64,000 nucleotides of DNA from Spirochaetia bacterium (lineage in GTDB: Bacteria; Spirochaetota; Spirochaetia; CADAEX01). The translations under genes and the position numbers were made by a program. Below are positions 18,754 through 30,076 of the stretch, one piece after another. Position 1 is the first letter of the stretch; the number at the start of each line of letters is the position of its first letter. The stretch is from assembly GCA_963662265.2 (NCBI GenBank), contig CAXXHA010000013.1, positions 64,001 through 128,000 on the forward strand. Reading direction: 5' to 3'. The notes below the pieces were generated by a model. That model was not told the origin of the DNA. It did not search any database and saw nothing but the letters and a program-made list of their open reading frames with translations.

Positions 18754-20997
18754 ATGAAAAAAACAGATAAAGTTCTATTTTTGCTTATAATTGCTGTATT
18801 TACAGTATTTTTATATTCCTGCAGGAAAAAAGAAGAAACAGCAGTTCCTGTTGTCATGGATACGATAATTACATTTGTTTCCGGCGAAGCATATATTCTG
18901 GATACGGCCGGGGAGAAAAAGGAAGCTGAAATCGGTGAAAAGTTGATGCCTGACTACGAATTACTGACGATGGAAGATTCTTTTCTTGAATTCCAGATAG
19001 GGGGATCAGGAGTTATCAGGATGGATTCCGATACAAGGCTTTCCCTGTCAGATATTAGTGAAAAAAGAATGAAAAACAAGGCTTCATCTAATATCACACT
19101 GTCTCTTGCTGCAGGTACAGTTATACAGAAGGTGAAAAAACTGACCGAAGATGAGTCTTATCATATAAGGACAGCAAGCGCTGCATTCGGAGTCAGGGGG
19201 ACAGAATTTCTTGTCAGATCTGAAGAGGGCCGTGATACTCTTGCAGTCGGAAGCGGTAGTGTAATAGCATCTCTTTTTCCTTCGCAGCTTGAAAAACTTA
19301 AAAGCAGGGCTGATGAAGGGGATGAGGAATACGGTAAAATATATAAAACTCTTGAAGAAAGTTTTCCCCTTCTTAAAGCGGGTGAAGAGATATCTGTTAG
19401 TAAATCAGATCTTGAAGCAACTGCATCATATCTCGAAAAAATAAATATTCTCTTTGAAAATGCTGAACTGGGTAAGGTAACTGAAGAAGAACTTGTCTCT
19501 GAAATAAAAAGCACTGCTTCTGAAGCAGTCGCAGCAGTATCTTCTCTTAGTCTTTCTCCTGCCGCTTTATCTGAACAGAACAGCAGGTCGCTGAAGTCTG
19601 CGGAAAAATTCACTCCTGAAAAGGCTGTGCCTGATACTGAACTCTATATTAAAACAGAACCTGCTGCTGCTGCTGTTTATTTTGATGATAACCTTGCTGG
19701 ATACGGAAGCCTGAAGGCTCTCTTTTCAGGGGAAAGACTTATCAATATACGTGTGGAAAAAGACGGTTATTATCCTTTTGAGAAAGAGATAAGAACAGGG
19801 GATATCAAGGATTCTCCCTATATAATTAAGCTTGAGAAGAAAGAGGGATCTGTATCTCTTCAAGCATTCCCGTCAGATTCCGAAATAACTGTTGAAGGAG
19901 TGGGCTCTTTCAGGGGAAGTTTCAGCAGGCAGTTTGATCCGGGGACAGAGCTGGCAGTTACTGTAACAAGGGAAGAATATAAAACTGCGGAAAGGAAATA
20001 TTCCATCACGGAAGATTCTTCTATTGAAGAAAGAATAGTTCTTGATCCGCTTCTTGTTCCTTTAAGAATTGATACAGGTCTTGAAAGCGGTGCATTTATT
20101 ATCAGGGCGGATGATGACAATATTTTATCGGCAGGAAACGGATCAGACTTTAGCTTTTTCTCAAAAAAAGGGTTGAAAAAATGGAATTTCCAGGCTGATT
20201 ATGCTGGAACGCCTATTGTTTCAGGCGACAGTTTCTATTATGTGTCGGGAAAATCACTTGAAAAGAGGCTTCTGGATAGTGGAGAGAGTTCCGGCTCAAT
20301 CGAAATTGCGGATGCCCTGTATAATAAACCGGAATTTTTCGAAAACTTCCTTTTTATCAACAGCGGAACAGATGTTCTTAAAATAGATCCCGGTAAATTT
20401 GAAAGTACAAGGATATATACACTGCCTGATCCGACAGTTTCAAATCCATATTATTATGGGGGAAAACTTTTTTCTGTGACAGACAAGGGTGTTCTTCATA
20501 TCTACGGAAACAATAAGATTGCTGATTCCTCAATATCTGTTACCCGCGGGAATCCTGAAGGGATAGATATTGCGGCAGCAGGTAAAACAGCTTTTTTTGC
20601 AGGGCTCAAGGGTGAAGTATTTGCAATGGATATTGAGACAGCGGAATTTACCTGGGACAGCATTTTTGAATCAGACGGAACAATGCCTGAGATAAGTATT
20701 GAACAGGACAGAGTCATACTGAAGTCCGGGAAAAAGCTTAATTTCTTTGACAAAGACGGTGAACTCCTTTTCAGTCCTGATGCTGATATAGATGCATGGG
20801 CTTTTACTTCTCCTGATGAGTTTGTTTATGCTACAGGGGGAAATACCCTTGTATTCTGCTCCGGATCGGATGGAAGCATTTTCAAAAAGGGTGTTGTGGA
20901 AGACGGTATAACTGACCTGGCTGTTATAAACGGCAGAATCTATACAGTAATGAATAACGGAAATGTCATAGCAGTTAATCCTGATGCAATAAAATAA
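18754..20997 (+). CDS. Lipoprotein with FecR domain, PEGA-like repeats and PQQ/BamB-like beta-propeller
   Basis: Lipobox FLYS-C; TASAAFGVRGTEF (FecR); IKTEP...VEKDGY (PEGA); C-terminal beta-rich repeats. Confidence 0.75.
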   Translation: MKKTDKVLFLLIIAVFTVFLYSCRKKEETAVPVVMDTIITFVSGEAYILDTAGEKKEAEIGEKLMPDYELLTMEDSFLEFQIGGSGVIRMDSDTRLSLSDISEKRMKNKASSNITLSLAAGTVIQKVKKLTEDESYHIRTASAAFGVRGTEFLVRSEEGRDTLAVGSGSVIASLFPSQLEKLKSRADEGDEEYGKIYKTLEESFPLLKAGEEISVSKSDLEATASYLEKINILFENAELGKVTEEELVSEIKSTASEAVAAVSSLSLSPAALSEQNSRSLKSAEKFTPEKAVPDTELYIKTEPAAAAVYFDDNLAGYGSLKALFSGERLINIRVEKDGYYPFEKEIRTGDIKDSPYIIKLEKKEGSVSLQAFPSDSEITVEGVGSFRGSFSRQFDPGTELAVTVTREEYKTAERKYSITEDSSIEERIVLDPLLVPLRIDTGLESGAFIIRADDDNILSAGNGSDFSFFSKKGLKKWNFQADYAGTPIVSGDSFYYVSGKSLEKRLLDSGESSGSIEIADALYNKPEFFENFLFINSGTDVLKIDPGKFESTRIYTLPDPTVSNPYYYGGKLFSVTDKGVLHIYGNNKIADSSISVTRGNPEGIDIAAAGKTAFFAGLKGEVFAMDIETAEFTWDSIFESDGTMPEISIEQDRVILKSGKKLNFFDKDGELLFSPDADIDAWAFTSPDEFVYATGGNTLVFCSGSDGSIFKKGVVEDGITDLAVINGRIYTVMNNGNVIAVNPDAIK

Positions 20998-21183
20998 ATT
21001 TAAAAAAAACAGTAATCAGCTTTTCTGCATTCATCATGAAATACCTGATTACAGTTTTTACCGGGCAGTTTCCCGGATGAAAAAACTGGATCAAATCTCT
21101 TTTCAAATTGATTTGCTGATGTGAAATGTGAATTATATTCACTGTCTGGACAAATTGCATGATCTGAATATATGATAGTTTCT

Positions 21184-22475
21184 ATGGAAAAATACAATTC
21201 AGAGCAGGAGTATCTTGCAGAACTTGAGAAAAGGGGTGCGCTTCCGGATGGATTCAGGACAGCTGTCGTTCCGCTTCTCTTTAAACCAGAGGAAAGACCG
21301 GTTGATAAACCGCTCCCCATGAACCTTTCAATGCTTTGTCTTGATAAAGCTACATCAGTTTTTGCAGCTGTATTTACAAGAAACAGGTGTCCCGGCGCGC
21401 CGGTCCTTATAGGCAGGAAGATGCTGGATAACAGCAGTGTCAGGGGTGTTGTTGTAAACAACAAGATAGCGAATGTGTGTACATCGACAGGTGTTGATGA
21501 TGCCGGAAGGGTGGTTGCGGCTGTTGCATCTGCTGCAGGAGCATCTGCTGAGGAAATTTTTCCCTCCTCAACAGGTATAATCGGGTGGAAAATCCCTGTA
21601 AAGGAAATGACGGAAAAGGCACTCGACCTTGTCTCTTCTCTGAAAGGGGGAACAGCACTTCCCCTCGCAAAAGGGATTATGACTACAGATTCCTTTCCCA
21701 AGCTGCGTTCTGCCGACATAGGGGGAGGTCGGATTGTTGCTGTTGCCAAGGGGGCAGGAATGATTGAACCCAATATGGCGACCATGCTGTCATATATTAT
21801 GACAGATATTAAAATAGACAGGGATGAACTCAGAGGCATACTTAAAAGAGTTGTTGATAAAACATATAACTGCATATCGGTGGACAGCGACCAGAGTACC
21901 AGCGATACTGTAATTGCATTAAGCAGCTGTCTCAAAGAGGGAGTTTCTGCAGAAGATTTTGAAGATGCACTTTTCAAGGTATGCTCTGATCTTTCAGAAG
22001 ATATTATAAGAAATGCCGAAGGCACCGGGCATGTCATAAAGGTTAAGATAACAGGGGCTGAGGATTTCTGCACTGCCCGTGAAATAGGCAAGGCCTGTAA
22101 TCAATTCATCCCTTGTTACTACTGCAGTGTTTGGAAACGATCCCAATGTAGGACGTCTTCTTTCTTCTGTCGGCGACTATATGGGCAACAATAACCTTGA
22201 TCTTGATAAAGATGAAATGACAATAAAACTCGGACCTGAGACTGTATTTGACAACGGTGCTTTTTACACTGGATGAGGATAAAGAGATAAGGCTTTCAGA
22301 TTACCTTAAGGAAAGGATGCTTGATTCTGAAAGTAAAACTTATCCGGCTCATGATCTGACAGTTGATATTGATATCTGCATAAGCAGAAACGGAAAAGGA
22401 AAAGGGGAAGCTGTTGTGACAGGTTCAGACCTTTCATACGGGTATGTCAGGGAGAATGCTGACTACAGGTCGTAA
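21184..22475 (+). CDS. argJ: Ornithine acetyltransferase / N-acetylglutamate synthase, with two apparent +1 frameshifts
   Basis: STGIIG, IMTTD, KGAGMIEPNMATML and STSDTV motifs; continues in other frames as VINSSLVTTAVFGNDPNVGR and ...DLSYGYVRENADYRS; shifts near 22095 and 22265. Confidence 0.9.
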
Positions 22476-22653
22476 AAATATATTCCGGTATTGTTCAGGC
22501 ACCCTGGATTTTCCTGTCTGCCGGGGCAGTATTCCGGAATTATGAATATTTATTCCCTCATTCCAGCGGTTTGAATCGGTCAGAATGGGGGAATCAACAG
22601 GATGATACCCTGCCTCTGAAGTTGTGTATCATCCTGGACTGCAGGAGAATAAA

Positions 22654-23607
22654 TTGGTTTCAGGAAATACAGAAAGTATGATTGAAAAGTTGAAAAAGGC
22701 TGAAGCTGATTTCGGCAAAGATATAATCGGCGGCAGAAAACTGTTCAGAAAGCTTCTCACCTCTTACCTTGCAGGAGGCCATGTCCTTATAGAGGGAGTT
22801 CCCGGCCTTGCCAAGACCAGGGCTGCAAAAAAGCTTTCAACACTTCTTGATACAACTTTTACCAGAATACAGTTTACACCTGATCTTCTTCCTTCTGATA
22901 TAACAGGCAATATGGTTTACAGACCTGCAACAGGTGATTTTCAAGTCAGGAGGGGGCCTGTTTTTTCTGGTGTTCTTCTGGCAGACGAGATAAACAGGGC
23001 ACCTGCAAAGGTCCAGTCAGCCCTGCTTGAAGCAATGGAGGAAAAACAGGTTACAATAGGAGATGAGACGCTTTCTCTTCCTGAAAATTTCTTTGTCATT
23101 GCAACCCAGAATCCTATAGAACATGAGGGTACTTACCGCCTTCCGGAAGCACAGCTTGACAGGTTTATGATGAAGCTTATTCTCGATTATCCGGAACATG
23201 ATGATGAAGTCCGTATTCTCGATCTTCATGAAAAAGGTGAAGATGATATCAGGGAAGCCGGGATAAAAATAGATTCAGCTTTTTCCCTTGAAGTTGAAAC
23301 AGCATTGAAAAACATCAATGTGTCAGATGCTGTCAAGGCTTATATTGTTTCTATTGTCAGGGCAACCAGGGGTGATAACCGGTATATAAGTTTCGGATCA
23401 TCTCCCAGGGGAGCTGTTTCAATTCTCAAGTGCAGCAGAATCAATGCTTTTTTTGAAGGAAGAGACTGGGTACTTCCCGAAGATGTCAAAGCTGTTGTAC
23501 CGGACCTGTTAAGGCACCGTATTGTCCTATCGTTTGAAGCCGAAGCTGACAGGATTAAATCTGATGATTTGATTGAAAAGATTCTGAAAAATACAGAAGT
23601 TCCCTGA
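22654..23607 (+). CDS. MoxR-family AAA+ ATPase
   Basis: EGVPGLAKT, RIQFTPDLLPSD, LADEINRA, ATQNPIE and LPEAQLDRF motifs. Confidence 0.95.
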   Translation: MVSGNTESMIEKLKKAEADFGKDIIGGRKLFRKLLTSYLAGGHVLIEGVPGLAKTRAAKKLSTLLDTTFTRIQFTPDLLPSDITGNMVYRPATGDFQVRRGPVFSGVLLADEINRAPAKVQSALLEAMEEKQVTIGDETLSLPENFFVIATQNPIEHEGTYRLPEAQLDRFMMKLILDYPEHDDEVRILDLHEKGEDDIREAGIKIDSAFSLEVETALKNINVSDAVKAYIVSIVRATRGDNRYISFGSSPRGAVSILKCSRINAFFEGRDWVLPEDVKAVVPDLLRHRIVLSFEAEADRIKSDDLIEKILKNTEVP

Positions 23608-23608
23608 T

Positions 23609-24613
23609 ATGACCAGAGAAGAGCTGCTCTCTGAAATCCGAAAAATAGAAATAGCCTCAAGAAATTTTTCCCGCTTTTCTTTAAGCGGCAGTTACAGATC
23701 CGCGCTTAAAGGTTCAGGCATGGAGATTGCCGGTTTCAAGGAATATTCACCTGATGATGACTACAGGTCTGTCGACTGGAATGTCTCTGCCCGGAGCGGA
23801 AAAGTCTACAGCAGGCTGTATCAGGAGGAGAGGGAGAATCCTCTGTTCTTCATAGTTGATACATCTGCTTCCATGTATACAGGCGGATCATTTACAGGGA
23901 AAAGGAAAACAAAAATTGAATCAGCAGCAGTTGTAATGGCTGTAATAGCATTTTCCGCCGTGTTTAACAATGACAGGGCAGGATCTGTTTTCTGTTCAGA
24001 TACTGTTGAAGCTGAGCGGGAAATAGGGGGGAAATCAGCACATATTGCAGATATGGTATTCAGCCTGGTTGATCACAAGCCGGAAAGACCTGTTTTTGAT
24101 ATTGAATATGCCCTCTCATGTATCCCCTCTTCAATGAAAAGAGGGTGCTGTTTTGTTATATCTGATTTCAGGACACCTGTTCCTTCGGGAAGGCTTCACG
24201 CGGCAGGAAAGAAAACCGATCTTGTGTTTATCAGAATAACTGATCCTTCCGACAGTTTTCAGGAAGGGGGATTTTCATTTCCGGCAGCAGATATTAATTT
24301 TTACGAATCATCAGTCGGATCCAGGCTTCTTAACAGGAAGAAGCTGTCCTCTTCATCAGGGAGAATGCCTGGAAATTCTGAAACAGGCACAAGTTCTGAA
24401 AAAGGCGGAGCTGGAAAAAAAATCTATAAATCGGGCAGGACTTTTATAAGGCTTGCCGGAAAAAACAGGGAAAAGCTTGCGAAAGAGGCTGCTTATTACT
24501 TTGATGAGCAGAAAAGGCTGATACTTAAAGAGGGAATATCTCTTCTTGATATTTCAACAGAAGATAATATTCCGTCATCTGTTAACAGTTTTTTCCGTAA
24601 CAGAAAATTATGA
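23609..24613 (+). CDS. DUF58-family VWA-like protein
   Basis: GSGME..EYSPDDDYRSVDWNVSAR, VDTSASM and ISDF motifs; follows moxR. Confidence 0.9.
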   Translation: MTREELLSEIRKIEIASRNFSRFSLSGSYRSALKGSGMEIAGFKEYSPDDDYRSVDWNVSARSGKVYSRLYQEERENPLFFIVDTSASMYTGGSFTGKRKTKIESAAVVMAVIAFSAVFNNDRAGSVFCSDTVEAEREIGGKSAHIADMVFSLVDHKPERPVFDIEYALSCIPSSMKRGCCFVISDFRTPVPSGRLHAAGKKTDLVFIRITDPSDSFQEGGFSFPAADINFYESSVGSRLLNRKKLSSSSGRMPGNSETGTSSEKGGAGKKIYKSGRTFIRLAGKNREKLAKEAAYYFDEQKRLILKEGISLLDISTEDNIPSSVNSFFRNRKL

Positions 24614-25492
24614 GAAGATTTTTACTTTATATTCTTATATTCATGACCTTTCCTCTATCTGCTGAAATATCACCAGGGTGAAATTTGAATCAGCAGAATA
24701 TGACCCGGAAACAATAAGGACCGGTGATAATGTGTTCTGCAGGATTAAATTGACAGATATAAGCCTGTCATCAGAGGATGCAGATTCAATTCATGTGCAG
24801 GAAAATTCAGGGTTTGATATTACAGATATAAAACTGAATTTTTCTTCGAATGAAATCCTTATCTGGTTCATCCCTTTTAATCCCGGAGAAAAATATTTAC
24901 CGGTAATAAAGACAGGCAGATTTACCCTTGATAAGGTACCTGTTGATATAAAAAAAAATACCTGGAACCGGGCGATCAGTTTCCGGAACCTCCGGGAGCG
25001 GTGCTTCTTCCGGGAACCAGGCTTATTCTCGGATTTATGTTTTTCCTGGTTTCCCTGTTTTTTTTCCTGCTTTATTATACTATCCGTTTTTACTACAAAC
25101 CGCTTGCCGGAAAAATATCTGAAGCAGTTAATGAAAAGGAGATAAAAAAAATACTTGCATCAATCAGGTCAATGAATCCTGAAAATACAGATAACGACGG
25201 GGTTGAATTCTGCAACAGGATAAACATGCTTTTCCGCAGCTATCTGGGGAAGAGGCTTACCCGTTCTTTCATGAATATGACATCGGGAGAAATAATAAGG
25301 AATCTGTGTAATTCAGTTGCATTAAATGAGAGCACGGCAGATTCTCTTGAAAAATCGCTTTTCATCTCTGACAGGATAAGATTCGGGAAAAATATTCCCT
25401 CCCGGCACAGTGATCTGAAGCCTGTTGTTTATGGAATTTTAAATTCTGTCGATGCTGTTGAAAGAGAATCAGGCAGGAGGGAGGGGAAATAA
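24610..25492 (+). CDS. Bat-operon membrane/exported hypothetical protein, split by two apparent frameshifts
   Basis: Signal peptide MRRFLLYILIFMTFPLSA from 24610 (ATGA overlap); joins ORFs 24678 and 25001 through shifts near 24666 and the A9 run at 24950-24958. Confidence 0.6.
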
Positions 25493-26414
25493 TGGTTTTT
25501 GAAAATCCTTCAGCTTTTTTCTTGCTGTTCCCCTGATTATCTTCTGTTTACACAGCAGGAAAAAGAAAAATAATTTTACTGTTTATTCACAGACTCTGTC
25601 CGGACGGAATAAGTCTCTGTTTCTTCCGGAAATATGTTCATTTTTATACATGATCTCCATGGTTTTTATAATAACAGCACTTTCCGCCCCTTCGTTCAGG
25701 GTTGAAGAAGAAAGATATCTTACACCGGAGAAAATTATTTTTTTATACTCGATGTTTCTCCCAGCATGTCCTCTTCAGATGTGGACGGGGAAAAGAAGGA
25801 TTGATGCTGCAAGGGATATAATTTCAGGATTCAGAAAGACCCGGGGAAATGATTATCCGGGCCTGATTCTGTTTTCCGATGTGGCTTTTCTTTCTGCTCC
25901 TCCCTCCCCCGATTTCCGGTGGTTTGATAATACGCTTGAAAATGCTGATATTGTTTATCCTGACAGGGGCACTGCTATAGGTGATGCAGCAGCTCTTGCG
26001 GTTTTCTACCTGAGAAAATCACTTTCAGATGATAAAATCGGAATAATTATCTCTGACGGTGTGAATAATACCGGCCGTATATCCCCTCATACTGCTGCTG
26101 AAGCAGCTGCTGAAAACGGAATCAGGCTTTACACTGTTTCTGTTGGCTCTGACAGCCAGGCGCAGACTGATGAGGGTGAAAATGTGTTGAAGATGATAGC
26201 TGAAAAAAGCGGAGCGCTTTATTTCAACGGAAAGGATATGAAAGAGATGGAATATGCTTTTTCCTTTATAGGCAATATGGAGGAGAGGGAAAGGCATGTT
26301 GAAAAAATTGTCAGGCTGGAAAGATTCAGCACAGTATTTATTGCAGCAGCTCTTATATGTTTGCTGATTTCAGTTTTTGTCAGGCAGGCTGTTTTGAGAG
26401 AGATTAACCCATGA
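25492..26414 (+). CDS. BatA-like VWA-domain membrane protein, with three apparent frameshifts
   Basis: MVFENPSAFFLLFP N-terminus; MIDAS ILDVSPSM hidden out of frame at 25745-25768; GTAIGDA, ISDGVNNTG and IRLYTVSVG motifs. Confidence 0.8.
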
Positions 26415-26448
26415 ACAGTACTTTTTCAAAGATGGCGGAGTCTTATTG

Positions 26449-27390
26449 ATGAAATATCCCTTGTTGCTTTTTATTGCTGTTATTCCTGTTGTATTGGCTT
26501 CTGTGCAGATAGCACTGTCGGGAAAAGCATTTGAACAGTTTTATACATATTCACCTCTCAAGGATAAGGGAAGCATGCGGGGCAGGTATATGATGATCAG
26601 AAACATGATATCTGTCCTTGTCTGTGCCGGGATTGTTGCTGTTATAATTGCTCTTGTCCGGCCCACCAGTACAAAGCTTAATATGATTAATATTCCGGAT
26701 AAAGATTCTTCTTCAGTTGATTACTCATTTGTTGTTGATATATCAGTCAGCATGACAGCAGATGATGGGGGGGTATCCCGTATTGAAAGGGTTAAAGAGG
26801 GCCTTATATCTTTTATTTATTCAGACAGCGCAAGCAGCCGTTATTCTGTGACTGTTTTCAAGGGGCGGGCTGCAGTCCTGATTCCTCTTTCTTCGGATAA
26901 AAATCTTGTGTCTTCTGTTATTGAAAACCTTTCTCCCGACATGTTCACATCAAGGGGCAGTGCTCTTACTCCTGCTGTTGAGGCAGGAATTTCCCTTTTT
27001 CCGGATCATGAGAAAAGTGAGAGACGTATGATTCTTTTTACAGACGGAGAGGAGTCTTCCCTGGTTAAATTTTCAGACAGTATAGACCGCCTCTCTGGAC
27101 TGATTCTTGAGAAAAATATTTATACATCCATATATGTTCCTGATATCAGCACAGGAAGTTCTGTTTCAGACGGTGAAAATATTCATATCAGCATTCCCGA
27201 TCTTCCTCTGCTGGAAAAGAGTTCTGAAAAATGGGGAGGAAGTACCGGGCGGTTTTCTGATTTTAAAATTTCAGATATCGAGAAAATGCCCCGCTTCCAG
27301 TCTTCAGTAACAGATTATTCTCAGTATTTTCTTGTGCTGTCTTTTGTGTTTCTGTTTTCAGCTGCTGTTTTGAGGAGGTTCCTGAAATGA
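26449..27390 (+). CDS. BatB-like VWA-domain membrane protein
   Basis: VVDISVSM MIDAS, SRIERVK and FTDGE motifs; terminal TM segments. Confidence 0.8.
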   Translation: MKYPLLLFIAVIPVVLASVQIALSGKAFEQFYTYSPLKDKGSMRGRYMMIRNMISVLVCAGIVAVIIALVRPTSTKLNMINIPDKDSSSVDYSFVVDISVSMTADDGGVSRIERVKEGLISFIYSDSASSRYSVTVFKGRAAVLIPLSSDKNLVSSVIENLSPDMFTSRGSALTPAVEAGISLFPDHEKSERRMILFTDGEESSLVKFSDSIDRLSGLILEKNIYTSIYVPDISTGSSVSDGENIHISIPDLPLLEKSSEKWGGSTGRFSDFKISDIEKMPRFQSSVTDYSQYFLVLSFVFLFSAAVLRRFLK

Positions 27391-28112
27391 CAGCTTTTAA
27401 AAAATTTTTCTGCACACAAAGACTGGCAAGTCTTTCCTGTAAAGCTTCAGAAAAGATGAGTAAGGCATTCAGGTTGGTGCTGATTATATTATCAAGTTTG
27501 AATTTTATCTCCTGCAGTTACGTAAATGCATGTTATGATAATATAAAAGGAGTATTCCTGTTTGAAAGCGGAAAATACAGTCAGTCTATTGTCAGTTACA
27601 ACGGGGCGCTTGTAAACAGCGGAAACAGATCTGATTATATTTATTATAATCTCAGCAGGGTCTACAGGGATATGGGCGAGAATCAGCCGGCCGGGGAAAT
27701 CCTTTCCGGCCTGAGTCTGAAAAACGGTAAAAACCTGGAATACCATGTAAACTACCTTAAAGGGGTTATTGCCTGTAACGAAGGGCGGTATGATGATGCT
27801 GTTCTTTTTTTTAAAAAATCTATCAAAATTGATAATAGTGATATAAACTTAATAAAAGGTCTGGAGCTGGCTTTTCTTAAACTCGAAAACCGGAAAGGCA
27901 GGCAGAAAAATGATTCAGATATGGGGGAGAATTCCTCTTCCTCATCAGGATCTGATTTACCGGACAGTGCAGCTGGTTATGAAGAAAACAGGGAATCCCG
28001 GTCAGGCAGGATAAAATCTGCATCTGATATTATCGATTATATGTTTACAGAGGAGGTTTCTTTGTGGCTCGGAAACGGGAACACAGATCAGGAAAATATT
28101 TCCGACTGGTAA
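27387..28112 (+). CDS. BatC-like TPR protein
   Basis: TPR-like YYNLSRVY and YLKGVIA; terminal DW; position in operon. Confidence 0.72.
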   Translation: MTAFKKFFCTQRLASLSCKASEKMSKAFRLVLIILSSLNFISCSYVNACYDNIKGVFLFESGKYSQSIVSYNGALVNSGNRSDYIYYNLSRVYRDMGENQPAGEILSGLSLKNGKNLEYHVNYLKGVIACNEGRYDDAVLFFKKSIKIDNSDINLIKGLELAFLKLENRKGRQKNDSDMGENSSSSSGSDLPDSAAGYEENRESRSGRIKSASDIIDYMFTEEVSLWLGNGNTDQENISDW

Positions 28113-29680
28113 TTGCGGTTCTGATTGTATTGTCTGCTTCCTCTATTTTTGCGGAGGATTTCTCGGGAAGAATAATTCTTGAAAAAACAAATTTTGTTGT
28201 TGGTGAGGATTTTTCTTTCAGAATTCTTGTGCCCGGAGCAGCTCCGCTGATGCTTTCGGTTGAAACTCCGCATATACCAAACGGGATACGTCTCCTTAAA
28301 GGTCCTTACATGAGGCCCGGAAAAAGCGGTACTGTTGTTGACTATTATTTCAGGGTCGAAAAACCGGGGCGCTATGTTCTGGGGAGCTTTACCCTTAAAA
28401 CAGCCCTTAAAACAGGTTATACAACTCCTGTGTTTATAAAAGCCGGCAAAAATGATTACCAGCTGAGCGGTATTGACGATGTCCCTCCTGTTGTAAAATG
28501 GGCAGTCCCTTTAAATACCTATTATCCCGGTGAAATTATTCCTCTCAGATTTGTTGTTGAGAATCTTGAATCGGAAGAAGTTACTCTTGAAAGTTCTATC
28601 TACAGTAATAATTCCGGTATAGTAAACCGTATCAGCCGAAACGGTGATAAAGAGGAAAAGGTTGTTGCTACCAAGAACATGCTTACCGGGAATATTTATG
28701 ATATTTTCTATCATAATCATATATTTATTCCCGTGTTTCCAGGCACTATACAGCTCCCCGGGGCTGAAGTATTTATATCGAAAAATGAAAAAAGCTATAA
28801 CACATTTCTTCCAGAGCAGAAGATTGTAATAACATCTGTTCCTTCCAAAATAAAAAATACCGGCGCAATCGGAAATTTCACATCTGATCTGACTTTTTCA
28901 GATAACCTGCTGCATCCTGATGAAATAATAGTTATCAAAAGGGTGATTAAAGGGACAGGAAATTTTTATGCAATGAATATCCCCACTCCATATTCAGACA
29001 TGCCTGAACTTGTTGAAATTAACACTCTCAAGGAAAATCTTTACGCGGAACCTGACGGGCAGTGGTTTACCGGTTCCCTGACAATGAGATACAGCCTGAA
29101 AGTCAAAAAAACCCTTAAAAGAGACCTTGATGATTCCGTGACTATAACTGTGCCTGATATGGCAGTTATGAGAATTAATAACAAGGCGGGAGGCAGTCCC
29201 CGGTATGAATTCTATGAACTTGAAGGGGGCAGTGAATCAATCAGCCTGACTTCTCTTAAAAGGGAATTATCATATTCGGAACTGTATTCTGAAAAAGATT
29301 CCAATGTTGATATATTCCTGATCTCAGTTATTACATCTGCTTTTCTGCTGGCAGTAGCAGCCGTTGTAATAAGCGCCAGGAAAAAAGGTAAAATATTTAC
29401 AATATCGCTAATAGTTATCATAACTGTAATTATTGTCTTAATTCTATTCTTTGTATTTAAAGAAAATGAAGTTTATGGTATTATCTCTCCCAATCCACAA
29501 ATGCCCGGAATTTATAATGTGCCGGATGAGAACAGCAGCATTAAATACAGTGCATCCTCAATTATCAGGGAAATAAGAGTCCCTGTAAAAGGAAGTTACG
29601 AGGATTTTTATCTCATCGAAATGTCTGACGGCGGGGAAGGGTGGATTAAAAAAGATAATATCAGGCTTGAAAATGAGTGA
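28064..29680 (+). CDS. BatD-family protein with C-terminal SH3-like domain
   Basis: Signal peptide; GAIGNF and GTGN motifs; two TM segments; terminal EGWIKK. Confidence 0.72.
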   Translation: MARKREHRSGKYFRLVIAVLIVLSASSIFAEDFSGRIILEKTNFVVGEDFSFRILVPGAAPLMLSVETPHIPNGIRLLKGPYMRPGKSGTVVDYYFRVEKPGRYVLGSFTLKTALKTGYTTPVFIKAGKNDYQLSGIDDVPPVVKWAVPLNTYYPGEIIPLRFVVENLESEEVTLESSIYSNNSGIVNRISRNGDKEEKVVATKNMLTGNIYDIFYHNHIFIPVFPGTIQLPGAEVFISKNEKSYNTFLPEQKIVITSVPSKIKNTGAIGNFTSDLTFSDNLLHPDEIIVIKRVIKGTGNFYAMNIPTPYSDMPELVEINTLKENLYAEPDGQWFTGSLTMRYSLKVKKTLKRDLDDSVTITVPDMAVMRINNKAGGSPRYEFYELEGGSESISLTSLKRELSYSELYSEKDSNVDIFLISVITSAFLLAVAAVVISARKKGKIFTISLIVIITVIIVLILFFVFKENEVYGIISPNPQMPGIYNVPDENSSIKYSASSIIREIRVPVKGSYEDFYLIEMSDGGEGWIKKDNIRLENE

Positions 29681-30071
29681 TTTCAGTAAAATTCTTGAAC
29701 AATGGGAACAATCCGGAAAATCCAGATATGTTGATAAAGACAAATTATTATCCAGAAACAAGACTGTAAAGGTCTCCTCTGTGCACAGGGGCAGGGAACT
29801 TAAAAAAATGAGGCATCAGGATGAGCTGGATCTGCATGGATATACTGCATCCGAAGCAGAGATTGAGCTTGAGAAATTTCTGAAAGAATCAAAAAAAAGA
29901 GGTCTGAGAAAAGTCCTGATTGTTCACGGAAAAGGGAAACATTCCCCCAACGGACCTGTTCTTAAAGAAACAGTTATGACCTTTTTACGGCGGTGTTCTT
30001 TTACAGGTCTGACAGGAACGCCTGAACAGTCACTCGGCGGTTCAGGCGCTGTTTGGGTAATAATCAAATAA
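29673..30071 (+). CDS. Smr/MutS2 C-terminal domain protein
   Basis: LDLHG, IVHGKGKHS and GGSGA motifs. Confidence 0.9.
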   Translation: MSDFSKILEQWEQSGKSRYVDKDKLLSRNKTVKVSSVHRGRELKKMRHQDELDLHGYTASEAEIELEKFLKESKKRGLRKVLIVHGKGKHSPNGPVLKETVMTFLRRCSFTGLTGTPEQSLGGSGAVWVIIK

Positions 30072-30076
30072 AAAGA

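Noticed and set aside
21000-22091. 363-aa minus-strand ORF and other long antisense ORFs (e.g. 37484-38083, 60834-61331)
   Set aside because: Shadows of well-supported genes on the opposite strand; Ser/Pro-rich with no recognisable motifs.
24676-24681. Selenocysteine or stop read-through at in-frame TGA codons in the bat genes
   Set aside because: Homology continues in a different frame, so these are frameshifts rather than recoding.
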